Positions 1 through 9,513 of a stretch of 27,719 nucleotides of DNA are shown one piece after another. Position numbers and translations under genes: made by a program. This stretch comes from a virus (Duplodnaviria; Caudoviricetes): positions 1 to 27,719 of the IMG/VR virus record IMGVR_UViG_3300042430_002946. One strand, 5' to 3'. Every line of letters begins with the position of its first letter. The first letter of the stretch is position 1. Under the pieces are notes generated by a model. The model did not search any database, was not told the origin of the DNA, and saw only the letters and a list, made by a program, of their open reading frames with translations.

Positions 1-87
1 CCAAACGGTAGTGGTGGAGGCGGCGGCGAAGGCGGCGGCGGACCATCTGAAAACAAAAAAACTTCTAATAGGAGGAGAATAAAGTGA
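1..87 (+). CDS. 3' end of a CDS running in from the left edge (Gly-rich then basic C-terminus)
   Basis: Frame 1 reads PNGSGGGGGEGGGGPSENKKTSNRRRIK*; stop overlaps next GTG start (GTGA). Confidence 0.5.
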   Translation, partial: PNGSGGGGGEGGGGPSENKKTSNRRRIK

Positions 88-257
88 AAGCTTTAAAAAA
101 AATAGCAAAAGAGTTCCATTCACTTGCATGGACGCTCGCAGGTGCGGTAACGGTTTTAATAACCCTTTCCGGCGATACAAGAACAATGGGTGTATGGATT
201 TCAGGCATTGCCTTAACTGTTCACTTGCTTGGAATTGTATTTAAAAAGGAAGATTAA
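84..257 (+). CDS. Small membrane protein (57 aa, two hydrophobic segments)
   Basis: Not in ORF track; AGGAGG RBS at ~70-75, GTG start, MKALKKIAKEFHSLAWTLAGAVTVLITLSGDTRTMGVWISGIALTVHLLGIVFKKED, TAA overlaps next ATG. Confidence 0.7.
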   Translation: MKALKKIAKEFHSLAWTLAGAVTVLITLSGDTRTMGVWISGIALTVHLLGIVFKKED

Positions 258-1711
258 TGATTACAGATAAGTTTATAAAAAAACTTACCCAAGGAGTAGC
301 ATTTTTCTTAATTGCTGTTGGCGTAAGCGCGTTACCTATTAATTATTCTTCCGACAGTGGGGTTTTGATTTCAGGAAGCGCAGCTCGTGCAACAACTGGC
401 GGCGGGCCAATCGTTCTTGATGGTATGGACCCCGTTTGCCACTCTGGCGGAGAAAATACCGGCTTATATATTGCTCGTGTACTAAAGAAAGTTCACGATG
501 GTGCAACAAACCCAAATAATGGCCGCATTGCAATCCTTGGTTCTAACGGAGCAAATAACTCATGTGGTTCATCATGGGCGACAAAAATTACCCAATACGT
601 ATCAGAGTTTACAACAGCCCCTGGTGTTGATTTTTATACAACAAATACTCAAATAGAGGCATTTTTTGCTTCAACAATTACTTCCGCACAGCCAGCATTA
701 ATCTGGATTCCAGACAACTGGTCTCGCTCTTCAGTAATAGAATCAACATTCACAACAAACGCTGAAAAAATTGCCGACTTTGTTAACTCCGGTGGTGGTT
801 TGTTTGCCAACATGGGCTCATACGGTTGGCTTAGTGCCCTACTCCCAAGCGCTACCTACAATAACGGAGGCTGTAACGGCGGCCCTGACGCAACGGCTGA
901 TGGTATTTCAGACTTTGCATTAAGCAACTCAATAGTTGCAGCCTGTTGGCATGGATATTTTACCGGAAACGTAGGGACACTAAAGACTCTTGTTGATTAT
1001 CCATACCCAACTGCTTCAAGCACTAGAAAAGCAGTTTCTATTGGTGGCGGGTCCGTGTCTTTACCTAGTTCTTTCACTCTTGCAATCAGCCCAGCTACTC
1101 CAAATGCTGGAGAAGACCTAACTATTACTGCTACTGCTCAGACACTTGCTGGAGTTCCACAGTCTGGAGTCACGGTTACGGTTACTGTCAGCAGTGGCCC
1201 AGATGCCGGGCAAACACTAACTGCCACCACTAACGCAAGTGGCGTAGCAACACTAACGGTTAGGACAAATTCAACTGGAACAGCTGTCTACACAGCTACG
1301 GCTACAGTCAACGGCGTAGCCAAAACGGTTTCAGCAACAGTTTCCTGGAATCCTCCAACCACAACAACTGCTGCTCCTACTACTACCAGCACCACTAGTA
1401 CCACTAGTACAACAACTAGCACTCTTGCCCCGAGCACTACTACCAGTATTGCTCCAAGCACCACAATAAAAGTTGCGCCCAGTACAACCGTTGCTGACAC
1501 CATAGCCCCAACTACTTCTGTTGTGGAAACAACAGTTCCGGTAGTGATGGAAGTTACGACAACAACAGTTCACGACCACAGCACACATAGTCATGATTTG
1601 CCTAAAACAGGTGGAGCGTTTACCCGGAGCCTGCTTCTCGGTTTGTCGTCAATACTTTTTGGAATGTTTACTCTTATATATATAAGGCGTAGAGAATCAC
1701 AGGATAAATAG
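257..1711 (+). CDS. Secreted LPXTG-anchored surface protein with Ig-like (Big_1-type) domain and Thr/Ser-rich stalk
   Basis: N-terminal signal peptide; GVPQSGVTVTVTV...TTNASGVATLT Big_1-like; poly-T/S/P linker; LPKTG + hydrophobic helix + RRR tail. Confidence 0.8.
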   Translation: MITDKFIKKLTQGVAFFLIAVGVSALPINYSSDSGVLISGSAARATTGGGPIVLDGMDPVCHSGGENTGLYIARVLKKVHDGATNPNNGRIAILGSNGANNSCGSSWATKITQYVSEFTTAPGVDFYTTNTQIEAFFASTITSAQPALIWIPDNWSRSSVIESTFTTNAEKIADFVNSGGGLFANMGSYGWLSALLPSATYNNGGCNGGPDATADGISDFALSNSIVAACWHGYFTGNVGTLKTLVDYPYPTASSTRKAVSIGGGSVSLPSSFTLAISPATPNAGEDLTITATAQTLAGVPQSGVTVTVTVSSGPDAGQTLTATTNASGVATLTVRTNSTGTAVYTATATVNGVAKTVSATVSWNPPTTTTAAPTTTSTTSTTSTTTSTLAPSTTTSIAPSTTIKVAPSTTVADTIAPTTSVVETTVPVVMEVTTTTVHDHSTHSHDLPKTGGAFTRSLLLGLSSILFGMFTLIYIRRRESQDK

Positions 1712-1820
1712 TTTCTCCTATTTGTGTTCCTTTATTTAAGGGCACATTTTAATGAGGTACAATGTAAAAGCGTTTTTGCTATGCATAAACGGCCGCGCAA
1801 CTACCCAGATGGAGACATGT

Positions 1821-2351
1821 ATGCCAAGAAAGTATAGCTATTACCCAAGTTTTGACGGAAAAAAAGCCCAAGAGGGCACACTAAAGCTTGTTGAACTTTG
1901 TGGAAAAAGATGGAAAGCAACAAATATGGGCGTGTATTCCGCCAGATTGATGAGGAACTCTCACACTGCTGGTAAGAAGATTGGCGACCCTGGCATGGAG
2001 AAGTACCTCAGCGTTCACGCCACTGGAGCCGCATGTGACGTTGGTTACACAGACCGCAAGGTTGGTGTTGAAATGTGGAACTGGTTTATTAAATACACCA
2101 AAGAACTCGGCATTGAAGAAATTCACGACTATGCATACGATGCCGATAAATCAGACAAGAATGTTGGCTATGGAAGAGGCTTCAGGTGCTCAAGAGGTGA
2201 GAACGAGGCTGGGGTAAAAATTTTCACCGAAAAAGATAACGCTGGAAGTTTCGGGGGCAAGTGGTTGCATTTAGAACTTTCTCCAGAAATGGCAAAAGAC
2301 GCAGCAAAGTTTGAAGCAGCATGGCGCGCCCTTCCTAAGCCTGGTGCATGA
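1821..2351 (+). CDS. Peptidase M15-like (Zn DD/LD-peptidase fold) endolysin
   Basis: R..SVHATGAACD (SxHxxGxAxD) and WLHLE motifs; GGAG RBS at 1811 favours ATG 1821; next to holin-like genes. Confidence 0.7.
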   Translation: MPRKYSYYPSFDGKKAQEGTLKLVELCGKRWKATNMGVYSARLMRNSHTAGKKIGDPGMEKYLSVHATGAACDVGYTDRKVGVEMWNWFIKYTKELGIEEIHDYAYDADKSDKNVGYGRGFRCSRGENEAGVKIFTEKDNAGSFGGKWLHLELSPEMAKDAAKFEAAWRALPKPGA

Positions 2352-2357
2352 TTCCGA

Positions 2358-2585
2358 ATGGAAGCAATCACAGTTGCTCTCATCACGGTAGTCGGTGCCG
2401 TACTAGTTGCCCTTGTTGAAAAAGGACGGCGTGAAAACAAGTCTGACCACGGAGTCGTATCAGACAAGCTTGACATTATTGGCAAAAGTCTTGGCCGGTC
2501 AATTGACCGTGTTGAGGAAACAGTTATTCGTAACGAAGTAAAGCTTGACCAACATATTCGTGACCATGTAAAGGGAGACGCCTGA
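2358..2585 (+). CDS. Single-TM coiled-coil protein, probable lysis accessory/holin-like
   Basis: N-terminal TM then heptad region, directly after endolysin. Confidence 0.6.
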   Translation: MEAITVALITVVGAVLVALVEKGRRENKSDHGVVSDKLDIIGKSLGRSIDRVEETVIRNEVKLDQHIRDHVKGDA

Positions 2586-2833
2586 TGGCCGGCAAGAAAC
2601 CAGCAAAGGTAATGGCCGGCACGACAAAACAGGTCGTTCTGGACCCAGCAATATACGGAATCTCTGTCAAGTATTTTGGCACAAAAAACTCGCCGATGAT
2701 TTGCCCAAACTGCAAAAGAACTGCCGTAAGAGGAATGGTTAGGGTTCGTGGAGAAGAAATGCTTTGTTCACTGAGATGTGCCGAACAATCATCTAAAATT
2801 GGTAAAGAAGATTCAGGAGATGAAGCACAATGA
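2585..2833 (+). CDS. Small Zn-finger-like protein
   Basis: CPNC...CSLRC; coupled start/stop with neighbours. Confidence 0.6.
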   Translation: MAGKKPAKVMAGTTKQVVLDPAIYGISVKYFGTKNSPMICPNCKRTAVRGMVRVRGEEMLCSLRCAEQSSKIGKEDSGDEAQ

Positions 2834-3123
2834 GCGAAAGTCCACTATTTAAAGCACGTCAAGCAGAGTTGGCGAAGCGTGGCGCTACTGCCGTAAAACA
2901 CGTAAGCCTAAGCGTAGAAGAACAAGCATCTTTTGCTGCCGCAGAAGAAGAAGCTATTCAAGCCAAGATAAAAGCCGAACAAGAAGAAGCGAAGAAGACA
3001 AAAAAGAAGCCAGAACCAGTTGTTGAGGCTCCAAAAGAAGTTTTTCCTCCAGTGCTAGAGAACAAAGCAATCCAGCCTGAGGAAGTAAAAGAAGAAATCA
3101 AGGAAGATGAGGAAATGCTGTGA
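2830..3123 (+). CDS. Hypothetical Glu/Lys-rich protein
   Basis: ATGA overlap; low complexity. Confidence 0.65.
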   Translation: MSESPLFKARQAELAKRGATAVKHVSLSVEEQASFAAAEEEAIQAKIKAEQEEAKKTKKKPEPVVEAPKEVFPPVLENKAIQPEEVKEEIKEDEEML

Positions 3124-3338
3124 GAAAGCTAAGCCCAGAAGAAAGAGCAGCAAAGAAGGCAGCCGAGGCAGCCGCACCTGTTTCTCAGCCTGTTGAAATC
3201 AAAGAAAAGTCTGCAAAGAAGAAGAAGCAGGAAGAAGAGCCAGTCGCTGAAGAGCCTAAGGTTGAGGAAGCACCTGCAGAAGCAGAAGCTGCCGTAGAGC
3301 CTGAAGCAGAGAAAGCTGAAGAGACTCCTGAGTCGTAA
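3120..3338 (+). CDS. Hypothetical Glu/Ala/Lys-rich protein
   Basis: GTGA overlap; low complexity. Confidence 0.65.
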   Translation: MRKLSPEERAAKKAAEAAAPVSQPVEIKEKSAKKKKQEEEPVAEEPKVEEAPAEAEAAVEPEAEKAEETPES

Positions 3339-3652
3339 TGAAGAAAGAACTGTTTCTTAACGTTCTTCTTCGTATATTTGCAACATTTGCAGCCTCCGGT
3401 CTCGGGGTTGTAGGCGCTGGCGCAATCGCTGGCGTAAGCATGACCAAAGCCATACTTATGGCTGGCATCGCCGGGGTTGCTACCGTCATCGAGGGACTGT
3501 CTCGTGCATTCCTTGACGACGGCAAGTTGACATTAAACGAGATTAACTCCGTATTCACTCGCTTTGACAAAAAAAGCGCAGTAGCGGATTCAGAAGTAGC
3601 CAAAACCACAACTCGTAGGGCTGCAAAAACTACAACAACACCTAACGCCTAA
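3338..3652 (+). CDS. Holin-like membrane protein
   Basis: Two hydrophobic segments, DDGKLTLNEIN motif, basic tail; in lysis region. Confidence 0.55.
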   Translation: MKKELFLNVLLRIFATFAASGLGVVGAGAIAGVSMTKAILMAGIAGVATVIEGLSRAFLDDGKLTLNEINSVFTRFDKKSAVADSEVAKTTTRRAAKTTTTPNA

Positions 3653-3742
3653 AAACACGTATTAGTGCTATTTTGTAGTTAGCTCATGACTGATGTTAAG
3701 AGCTGAGCTAAAAATTTCAAATTTATCCAAACGAGAGTATTC

Positions 3743-4102
3743 ATGGCACTTGACGAAATGATGTGGCACAACGATGGCCACAAACTAATTCTCAAGATTG
3801 TTAAATCGGAGATTGAAATAGAGTCCGTTTATTGTCCCCATGGGAATGACGGGGAATGCTTTATTCAGGATTACGGCTGTGCGGTGCGCTGGTTTGCAGA
3901 CCGTTTTGGTATGGAGTGCAATGTCGGTACATGTTACGCAGACAAGTCGTTTGATATCTGTTGGACACTGGTAGGTAGCCCTAGAGACATTGAATCATGT
4001 CAGGTCTGGTTTATGCCGTTGGCTGACGATGTATTCAGTGCCTGGCTAGTTAGTCTCGGAGTTCAGGCTTCCCCACCTGATTCTTTCGACCAATTGACAT
4101 AA
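3743..4102 (+). CDS. Hypothetical Cys-rich protein
   Basis: 119-aa ORF with several Cys/Trp; no family recognised. Confidence 0.65.
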   Translation: MALDEMMWHNDGHKLILKIVKSEIEIESVYCPHGNDGECFIQDYGCAVRWFADRFGMECNVGTCYADKSFDICWTLVGSPRDIESCQVWFMPLADDVFSAWLVSLGVQASPPDSFDQLT

Positions 4103-4343
4103 TAACTTCTAAGCCCTTTTTGGTTAGTTTGTACACATCACCAGAAGAATGAACCACGCACCCATCTCGCTCTAGTAGTTCAGCTGATTTACGGGCTTTA
4201 TTCTTATCCTGAATTTTTCCCTTAAACAGGCTTGAAGCCATTGTTACGTCAGCTGAGCCACCCTTAAACTTGATGTACTTAAGTACATAGTGGGTTCTGG
4301 AATTCTCTTTGAAGCTAACAGAGATGTTGCTATCTAGTTTCAT
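4050..4343 (-). CDS. Winged-helix DNA-binding protein
   Basis: LERDGCV...YKLTKKG wing motif. Confidence 0.6.
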   Translation of the reverse strand: MKLDSNISVSFKENSRTHYVLKYIKFKGGSADVTMASSLFKGKIQDKNKARKSAELLERDGCVVHSSGDVYKLTKKGLEVIMSIGRKNQVGKPELRD

Positions 4344-4356
4344 CCCAAAATTCTAT

Positions 4357-4809
4357 CTAGAAAACGGATTCTTCCACGTTTTTGCCCCCAGATTTGACAC
4401 TAGTCACACCAAAGAGGCCAGATATAGCCTCTTTTAGGTGCTGTATATCAGGGTGTTTTTTTACCTCTTCGATATTCACTTTGTAAATATTTTGTCGTTG
4501 TGTTTTTGTCTTTGTAATAAAGCCATTTTGTATCAACAATTTGACCGTTTTATCAATCATTGTTTCACTTAAATCTAGATAAACCGATAAAGCCCGTTGC
4601 GTCATGGTTGGGTCCTCCATTAAAGCAATCAAAACCCTCCCAGCTGTAGATATTAGGTTTATTGCATTCTCGTTGTGGTAGCGGAATACCTTCTGCTTAT
4701 CGAGCGTTTTAAGAACTGCCTCCACCAGGAAATCAGCGTCTTTTGACTCAGAAGAATTAAGGGCTTCTTCTAGCGCTCTCTTTACTTCTACTGACTTGTC
4801 GACCTTCAT
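4357..4809 (-). CDS. MarR/AsnC-like winged-HTH regulator
   Basis: PTMTQRALSVYLDLSETMIDKTVKLLIQNGFITK HTH plus wing. Confidence 0.75.
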   Translation of the reverse strand: MKVDKSVEVKRALEEALNSSESKDADFLVEAVLKTLDKQKVFRYHNENAINLISTAGRVLIALMEDPTMTQRALSVYLDLSETMIDKTVKLLIQNGFITKTKTQRQNIYKVNIEEVKKHPDIQHLKEAISGLFGVTSVKSGGKNVEESVF

Positions 4810-4899
4810 GAGGTAATACTACATCAACCTGTGGACATAGTGTAGTATTCCTGTTGACATAGATGATGCCTTTGGTGTCGTAACCGCGTTGGAGGAAAT

Positions 4900-5184
4900 G
4901 TGCTTAAAGATGCACTAAGAGCTGTAGCCCAGGGCGAAAGCAAAAAGACATGCAAGTTTGGTTCCATAACCACTTCGCTGGATAACGAAACCAGAGAGGC
5001 ACTTATTCTTGCTATGGCAAGCGAAGCGTCCACTATGGATATTACAAGAGCACTTTGTTCTGACGGTCACTCCATAGGGAGAGATGTTGTTGGCGTAAAA
5101 AGGGCATGTTTCAAGGACCCGTCCTTCAACTGCTGTATCCGTGAAACTATCGATAGCTGTATAGCAAAGAACGAAGGTAAATAA
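4900..5184 (+). CDS. Hypothetical protein, possible Cys-ligated helical domain
   Basis: GGAGG RBS before GTG; stop overlaps phosphoesterase start. Confidence 0.7.
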   Translation: MLKDALRAVAQGESKKTCKFGSITTSLDNETREALILAMASEASTMDITRALCSDGHSIGRDVVGVKRACFKDPSFNCCIRETIDSCIAKNEGK

Positions 5185-6374
5185 TGTCCGCAAAGAAAGA
5201 AACTCTCTCTTCAGCCTTGGGGTCCATGGCTAAGGAAAAGAAGAAATCTGAAGAAAACAAGAAGGTCCTGGAGTCAATTGCAGAAATGCTCCGACTTAAA
5301 GACATCAGTCTCGACGATGTTGGTGATATCAAGAAGATAACAATTAACCAGTCTTCTACCCAAAACCCAGAAAACCCTTCTGAAACAAGGGAATCGGCTC
5401 GTGTGGCAATCCAGTTTTCACCCAAATGGGACAACGGCCCAGAGTGGCCAATAGTCCAACAAAGTAAGCCCATACAACTACAAAAGACAACGACAAAACC
5501 CAAAGCATCAACTGGGTTCAAAACGTGTGTTGTGGTCCCTGATATACAGATAGGTTTCTTCCGAAATAAGGACGGAGAACTAGAGCCATCACATGACGAC
5601 AAGGCTATTGACATCGTTTTGGCAATGATAAAGAAGCTTCAGCCGGAATTAATTGCCTGTGTTGGGGATAACTTGGACCTTCCAGAGATGGGCAAGTATG
5701 TCACTTATCCTGCATACGCCCAAACCACCCAAGCTTCGATAGATAGGGCCGCAATGTTTTGCGCTCAAATGCGAGCCGCAGCCCCAAATGCCAGAATTGT
5801 CTGGCTGGCTGGTAATCATGAAGAAAGAATGCCCAAGTATCTAGTCCAAAATGCTGGAGCAGCCTATGGATTAAGAAAAGGAAATACCCCAGAATCCTGG
5901 CCAGTACTTTCAGTCCCCTATCTTTGCCGAATGGAAGACTACGGAGTTGAGTACAAGCCTGGATATCCGGCAGCCGACCTGTGGATAAACAAGAAATTAC
6001 GAATTATTCATGGAGACCGTGTTAAGTCTTCCGGCTCAACTGCCCATGTATATCTAAACAATGAGAAACATTCTGTCATTTACGGCCATATCCACCGTAT
6101 TGAGACCGCTTTCAAGACCAGAGAAGACTTTGACGGTGCCCGTACCATCATGGCTGCTTCACCTGGATGCCTTTGCCGTACAGATGGGGCGATTCCGTCC
6201 ACTCGTGGAGGCGTAGACCTTGATGGTCGCCCTCTCACAAGGCATGAAAACTGGCAACAAGGCGTTGGAGTAGTCACATACGAAGACACCGGCAAGCACA
6301 AGTTCTCCTATGAAGTGGCACCGATATACAACGGCTGGTGTATGTTCCGTGGAGTAGAGTACATCGCGGAATAA
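5184..6374 (+). CDS. Calcineurin-like metallophosphoesterase
   Basis: PDIQ, GDNLD, GNHE, HG, GHIH motifs in order. Confidence 0.85.
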   Translation: MSAKKETLSSALGSMAKEKKKSEENKKVLESIAEMLRLKDISLDDVGDIKKITINQSSTQNPENPSETRESARVAIQFSPKWDNGPEWPIVQQSKPIQLQKTTTKPKASTGFKTCVVVPDIQIGFFRNKDGELEPSHDDKAIDIVLAMIKKLQPELIACVGDNLDLPEMGKYVTYPAYAQTTQASIDRAAMFCAQMRAAAPNARIVWLAGNHEERMPKYLVQNAGAAYGLRKGNTPESWPVLSVPYLCRMEDYGVEYKPGYPAADLWINKKLRIIHGDRVKSSGSTAHVYLNNEKHSVIYGHIHRIETAFKTREDFDGARTIMAASPGCLCRTDGAIPSTRGGVDLDGRPLTRHENWQQGVGVVTYEDTGKHKFSYEVAPIYNGWCMFRGVEYIAE

Positions 6375-7015
6375 TGACTACTATCGTCGGAATCCAGGGT
6401 GACGGCTTTGCCGTAGTGGGATGCGATACCCGCATCTCCTCCTTTGGCGACTCCGGAGATGCGTACCAGATATCTACTCTAGGCAATGGCTCAAGCAAAA
6501 TCGCCGCAAATGGCAAATATTTGCTTGGTGCAGCTGGCGAAATGCGAGCAATTAACATATTGCACCATGTATTCCAACCTCCTCCTGTTACCCCAGGACT
6601 AAGGGGAAAGAAGCTTGATGCCTTTATTACGGGTAAATTTATCCCAAGTTTACGAGCTTGCTTTGATTCCCAAGGGTATTCCCCTCCTGATTCCGGTGAC
6701 TCCAAAGAGCACAGAGCAGAACAAGGTTCTTCGATTGTTGTTGTGATAAACGGCGCAATCTACATTATTGAGTCAGACTATAGTTGGACAGCAGAGGCTA
6801 ATTACCTTTACTCCGTAGGGACAGGTTCTTCTTATGCTCTGGGTTCTTTACATTCCCTACTAGGGAACAAACGCCCAACCCCAACTCAGGCTAGGTCTGC
6901 TTGCACAAAGGCTTTGACCGTGGCTTCCAAGTTTGACCCTTATACGGGTGCTCCTTTACAGACTTTCGTCCAAGAAGCCCCCAACCGGAAGTCTTCAAAT
7001 AAAGACCCTGAATAA
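6374..7015 (+). CDS. Ntn-hydrolase of proteasome-beta/HslV type
   Basis: MTTIVG N-terminal Thr nucleophile, D-x-R, K, GTGS; ATG 6374 overlaps upstream TAA. Confidence 0.8.
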   Translation: MTTIVGIQGDGFAVVGCDTRISSFGDSGDAYQISTLGNGSSKIAANGKYLLGAAGEMRAINILHHVFQPPPVTPGLRGKKLDAFITGKFIPSLRACFDSQGYSPPDSGDSKEHRAEQGSSIVVVINGAIYIIESDYSWTAEANYLYSVGTGSSYALGSLHSLLGNKRPTPTQARSACTKALTVASKFDPYTGAPLQTFVQEAPNRKSSNKDPE

Positions 7016-7021
7016 CAAACG

Positions 7022-7039
7022 GCCCCTTCTTCAAGGGGC
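7022..7039. terminator. Hairpin between convergent genes
   Basis: GCCCCTT-CTTC-AAGGGGC; no clear U-tract. Confidence 0.45.
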
Positions 7040-7085
7040 TATGTAGTTTCGAAAACCCTAGGAATCCCCATAGGGGAGAAACAAC

Positions 7086-7331
7086 CTACTTAGCTAGAGA
7101 CCGTATGTCTGAGTAACAAGCGTGTAGAGCCTCAGCAACGGTTTCTTTCGTTCCCGAACCAGATACCAATACTGAGTTCTTCTCTCGTGACCATGCGTTA
7201 CACATCCAGCTATTACCGATATGTAGTAACTCAAAGTCCATGTTCATTAACTGAAACCACTTTGTGTATTGGTTTATGTCATTAGAGGAACTGGTTATTG
7301 GTTCTTGTGGGTGTCCGTAGATAACTGGCAT
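7086..7331 (-). CDS. Hypothetical protein
   Basis: 81-aa ORF divergent from whiB. Confidence 0.6.
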   Translation of the reverse strand: MPVIYGHPQEPITSSSNDINQYTKWFQLMNMDFELLHIGNSWMCNAWSREKNSVLVSGSGTKETVAEALHACYSDIRSLAK

Positions 7332-7430
7332 AACTCAAGTATTACACAAATGAGTTTACTAATACCGTATCAAGGTTGTGTATTTAAGTGTGCTGTAATT
7401 AATACAAATCTATTTAAAGGATACACAATA

Positions 7431-7763
7431 GTGGCCAAAGAAAAATCTAGCAATAATAATAGTCAACCGTTAGAGGGATTGTATATTGGCAGAAAAGACT
7501 GGTTTCCCTATGCTGCTTGCAAAGGATTAACCAACCTAATGTTCCCCAAAGAACATAAGGACATTACCTACATAGCGGAAGCTAGAAGGATATGTAGTAA
7601 TTGCCCTGTTAAGCCTCAGTGCCTAGAGTATGCACTTGAGTTCCCGGCAGCAGATATGCATGGAGTATGGGCAGGATTGACTAGTAGACAGTTGGCTGCA
7701 GAGCAGAGGCGAAGAGGGGTTAAACCTACTAGACCGACTCTTGCACAGATGTGGGGGCACTAA
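7431..7763 (+). CDS. whiB: WhiB-family Fe-S transcription factor
   Basis: C..CSNC-x5-C and HGVWAGLT; GTG 7431 start is my estimate. Confidence 0.9.
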   Translation: MAKEKSSNNNSQPLEGLYIGRKDWFPYAACKGLTNLMFPKEHKDITYIAEARRICSNCPVKPQCLEYALEFPAADMHGVWAGLTSRQLAAEQRRRGVKPTRPTLAQMWGH

Positions 7764-7834
7764 TGGTTGACAAGATAATGGTCGCAGTAGTCGCTTTGTT
7801 AATCGTGTTCTTGTTTGTTATTACGGGCTACTGA
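7763..7834 (+). CDS. 23-aa single-TM microprotein
   Basis: MVDKIMVAVVALLIVFLFVITGY; ATG overlaps whiB stop. Confidence 0.4.
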   Translation: MVDKIMVAVVALLIVFLFVITGY

Positions 7835-8111
7835 ATGCAAAGGCCCACCCAATAGACAACCGTTAGCAATTCAGCCTTTTTGTGTGGTGAATTAGAATCT
7901 ACTGGATGGGCGAGTAGAAGTATAGGGAGAGGTTTCCTGACTGGCAACTTGCAGGTGAGGATTATTTGGGACTGGATAGGGGTGCGAGATTTTCAGAATT
8001 CCGATTTATTGTTTCAGAGCTCTGGGGTTTCTAGCCCTGAACGTTCTTGAAAAAGGGCCGGAAAACTTCTTTTCGCGGCACATTTTCAGATTCCAAAAAT
8101 ACAAATACAAA

Positions 8112-8453
8112 TTACAAAATGCGAATATTGCAGGTGGTGCAAAAACTCATGCCATCTAATTCGGTTAGTTGTCTTTCGCAACTCACTTGTCCACAGGGCT
8201 GCAGCAAGGTCTCGCCCTTCATATAGGCAACAATAGACTCCTCCATCGTGGGGAGGGAGAACTGCGGGGAACCGGGAGCAGGGATTCCCTTGTCTTCCTG
8301 GAGTAATAGGAATATCGCGTAATTAACTATCTGGCCGACGGATAGGTCATGCCGGCGAGCATAGTCAATCAGCTCGTTCTTTAGCGAACCCTTCAGGCGT
8401 ACATGTATCTCGGACCACTTGTCGGGCTGACGGGACTTCTGAGGCTTACGCAC
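8112..8453 (-). CDS. Ribbon-helix-helix protein with C-terminal Zn ribbon
   Basis: IHVRLKGSLKNELIDYARRHDLSVGQIV; C-x4-C...CTTC. Confidence 0.7.
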   Translation of the reverse strand: MRKPQKSRQPDKWSEIHVRLKGSLKNELIDYARRHDLSVGQIVNYAIFLLLQEDKGIPAPGSPQFSLPTMEESIVAYMKGETLLQPCGQVSCERQLTELDGMSFCTTCNIRIL

Positions 8454-8613
8454 TGTCTCTCTCTACGAGAGCAATTAAATAATCAGTAAGAGTTAAATCA
8501 ACAGCATCAGCTTGCTGAATTAATTTTTCTTTGAATTCTTTACTTACCCTGATTGTTACGGTAGTAAAGGGTGTGGTTGGTATTACGGTTGGTCGTCCTG
8601 GATTGCGCTTCAT
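8446..8613 (-). CDS. Ribbon-helix-helix (CopG/Arc-like) protein, 55 aa
   Basis: Not in ORF track; MKRNPGRPTVIPTTPFTTVTIRVSKEFKEKLIQQADAVDLTLTDYLIALVERDSA. Confidence 0.7.
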   Translation of the reverse strand: MKRNPGRPTVIPTTPFTTVTIRVSKEFKEKLIQQADAVDLTLTDYLIALVERDSA

Positions 8614-8765
8614 CAAGGAAGATAGTACACGATACCGGCAATCAATGTGTAGAGCGTTACTTTACTAAGAGGGTCAATAGCTCTGGATTTAAATGTCCAG
8701 AATATAAGTAGGGTACCAATAAGATACTTCATTTTGTTTACCTCTTTTTGTTTGGGTATTCTGGT

Positions 8766-9254
8766 TTAGGCATCTTCATCCACCACCGTCAGGTTACTAG
8801 TCTTCTTGTACTTCTTTTGTTCCAACTTTTCTACCACCTTATTATATACCCGTACAAAAGTTTCCCTATCTCCGTTGGTATGCAAGTCGTTAGCCGAACC
8901 TCCCAAGAGGGACATGGTCTCAATCATCGCTTCTGGTCTCTCCCCCTGGTAGAACTGTCCTCCCTCTGTGGCTTTACGCATAGCCTGGAGTATGCCCCAT
9001 GCTGTTGCAGCATCTGGATGACTTTCGCCGCCCGTTATGTTGTCGATGGCCTTGCGGCGTACTTCCCCAGGCCGCGGCAGGAAATTAGCATAAATCGCTA
9101 AATCGTTAAAAGCTTCGCTAGCTACGTCGTAGTCGATATCGCTGAGCATGGCGAACCAAGAACGGAAGATATGTTTCTCGTCCGAAATGAGAATCTGGAG
9201 GTTGTACATCGCGTAAGCAATTCTGGTTAGCTCTTCGCATTCGAACTTATTCAC
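8766..9254 (-). CDS. Replicative helicase loader/inhibitor-like (G39P-like) protein
   Basis: WFAMLSDIDY...NFLPRPGEVR...ATAWG pattern. Confidence 0.6.
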   Translation of the reverse strand: MNKFECEELTRIAYAMYNLQILISDEKHIFRSWFAMLSDIDYDVASEAFNDLAIYANFLPRPGEVRRKAIDNITGGESHPDAATAWGILQAMRKATEGGQFYQGERPEAMIETMSLLGGSANDLHTNGDRETFVRVYNKVVEKLEQKKYKKTSNLTVVDEDA

Positions 9255-9513
9255 TGTCTACCTTTTGAATCCACTTTAGTCCCTGGTAAGCGAGAGCATC
9301 ATAGTCTCCCTTATGGAGCAGTTCTTGAATCTGTTCGTTCACTTCAGTCTCGCTGACCCTTTCTGGGTATTTCGCGGCCGCTTGTAATGCCACCAACAAA
9401 AGGATGGCAACCTCCTCTAAACTTTTGGCTAGATTTATCTGAACCTGCCCTGGATAATCTTCTTTTCCGTATTTAGACATCGCGATATATTGTTCCTTAT
9501 TGTTTTGCTGCAC
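9247..9513 (-). CDS. Hypothetical protein
   Basis: Overlaps both neighbours in operon. Confidence 0.6.
   Translation of the reverse strand: MQQNNKEQYIAMSKYGKEDYPGQVQINLAKSLEEVAILLLVALQAAAKYPERVSETEVNEQIQELLHKGDYDALAYQGLKWIQKVDSE

Noticed and set aside
1357-1570. ACT/ACC-rich tandem repeats
   Set aside because: Explained by the Thr/Ser stalk of the LPXTG protein
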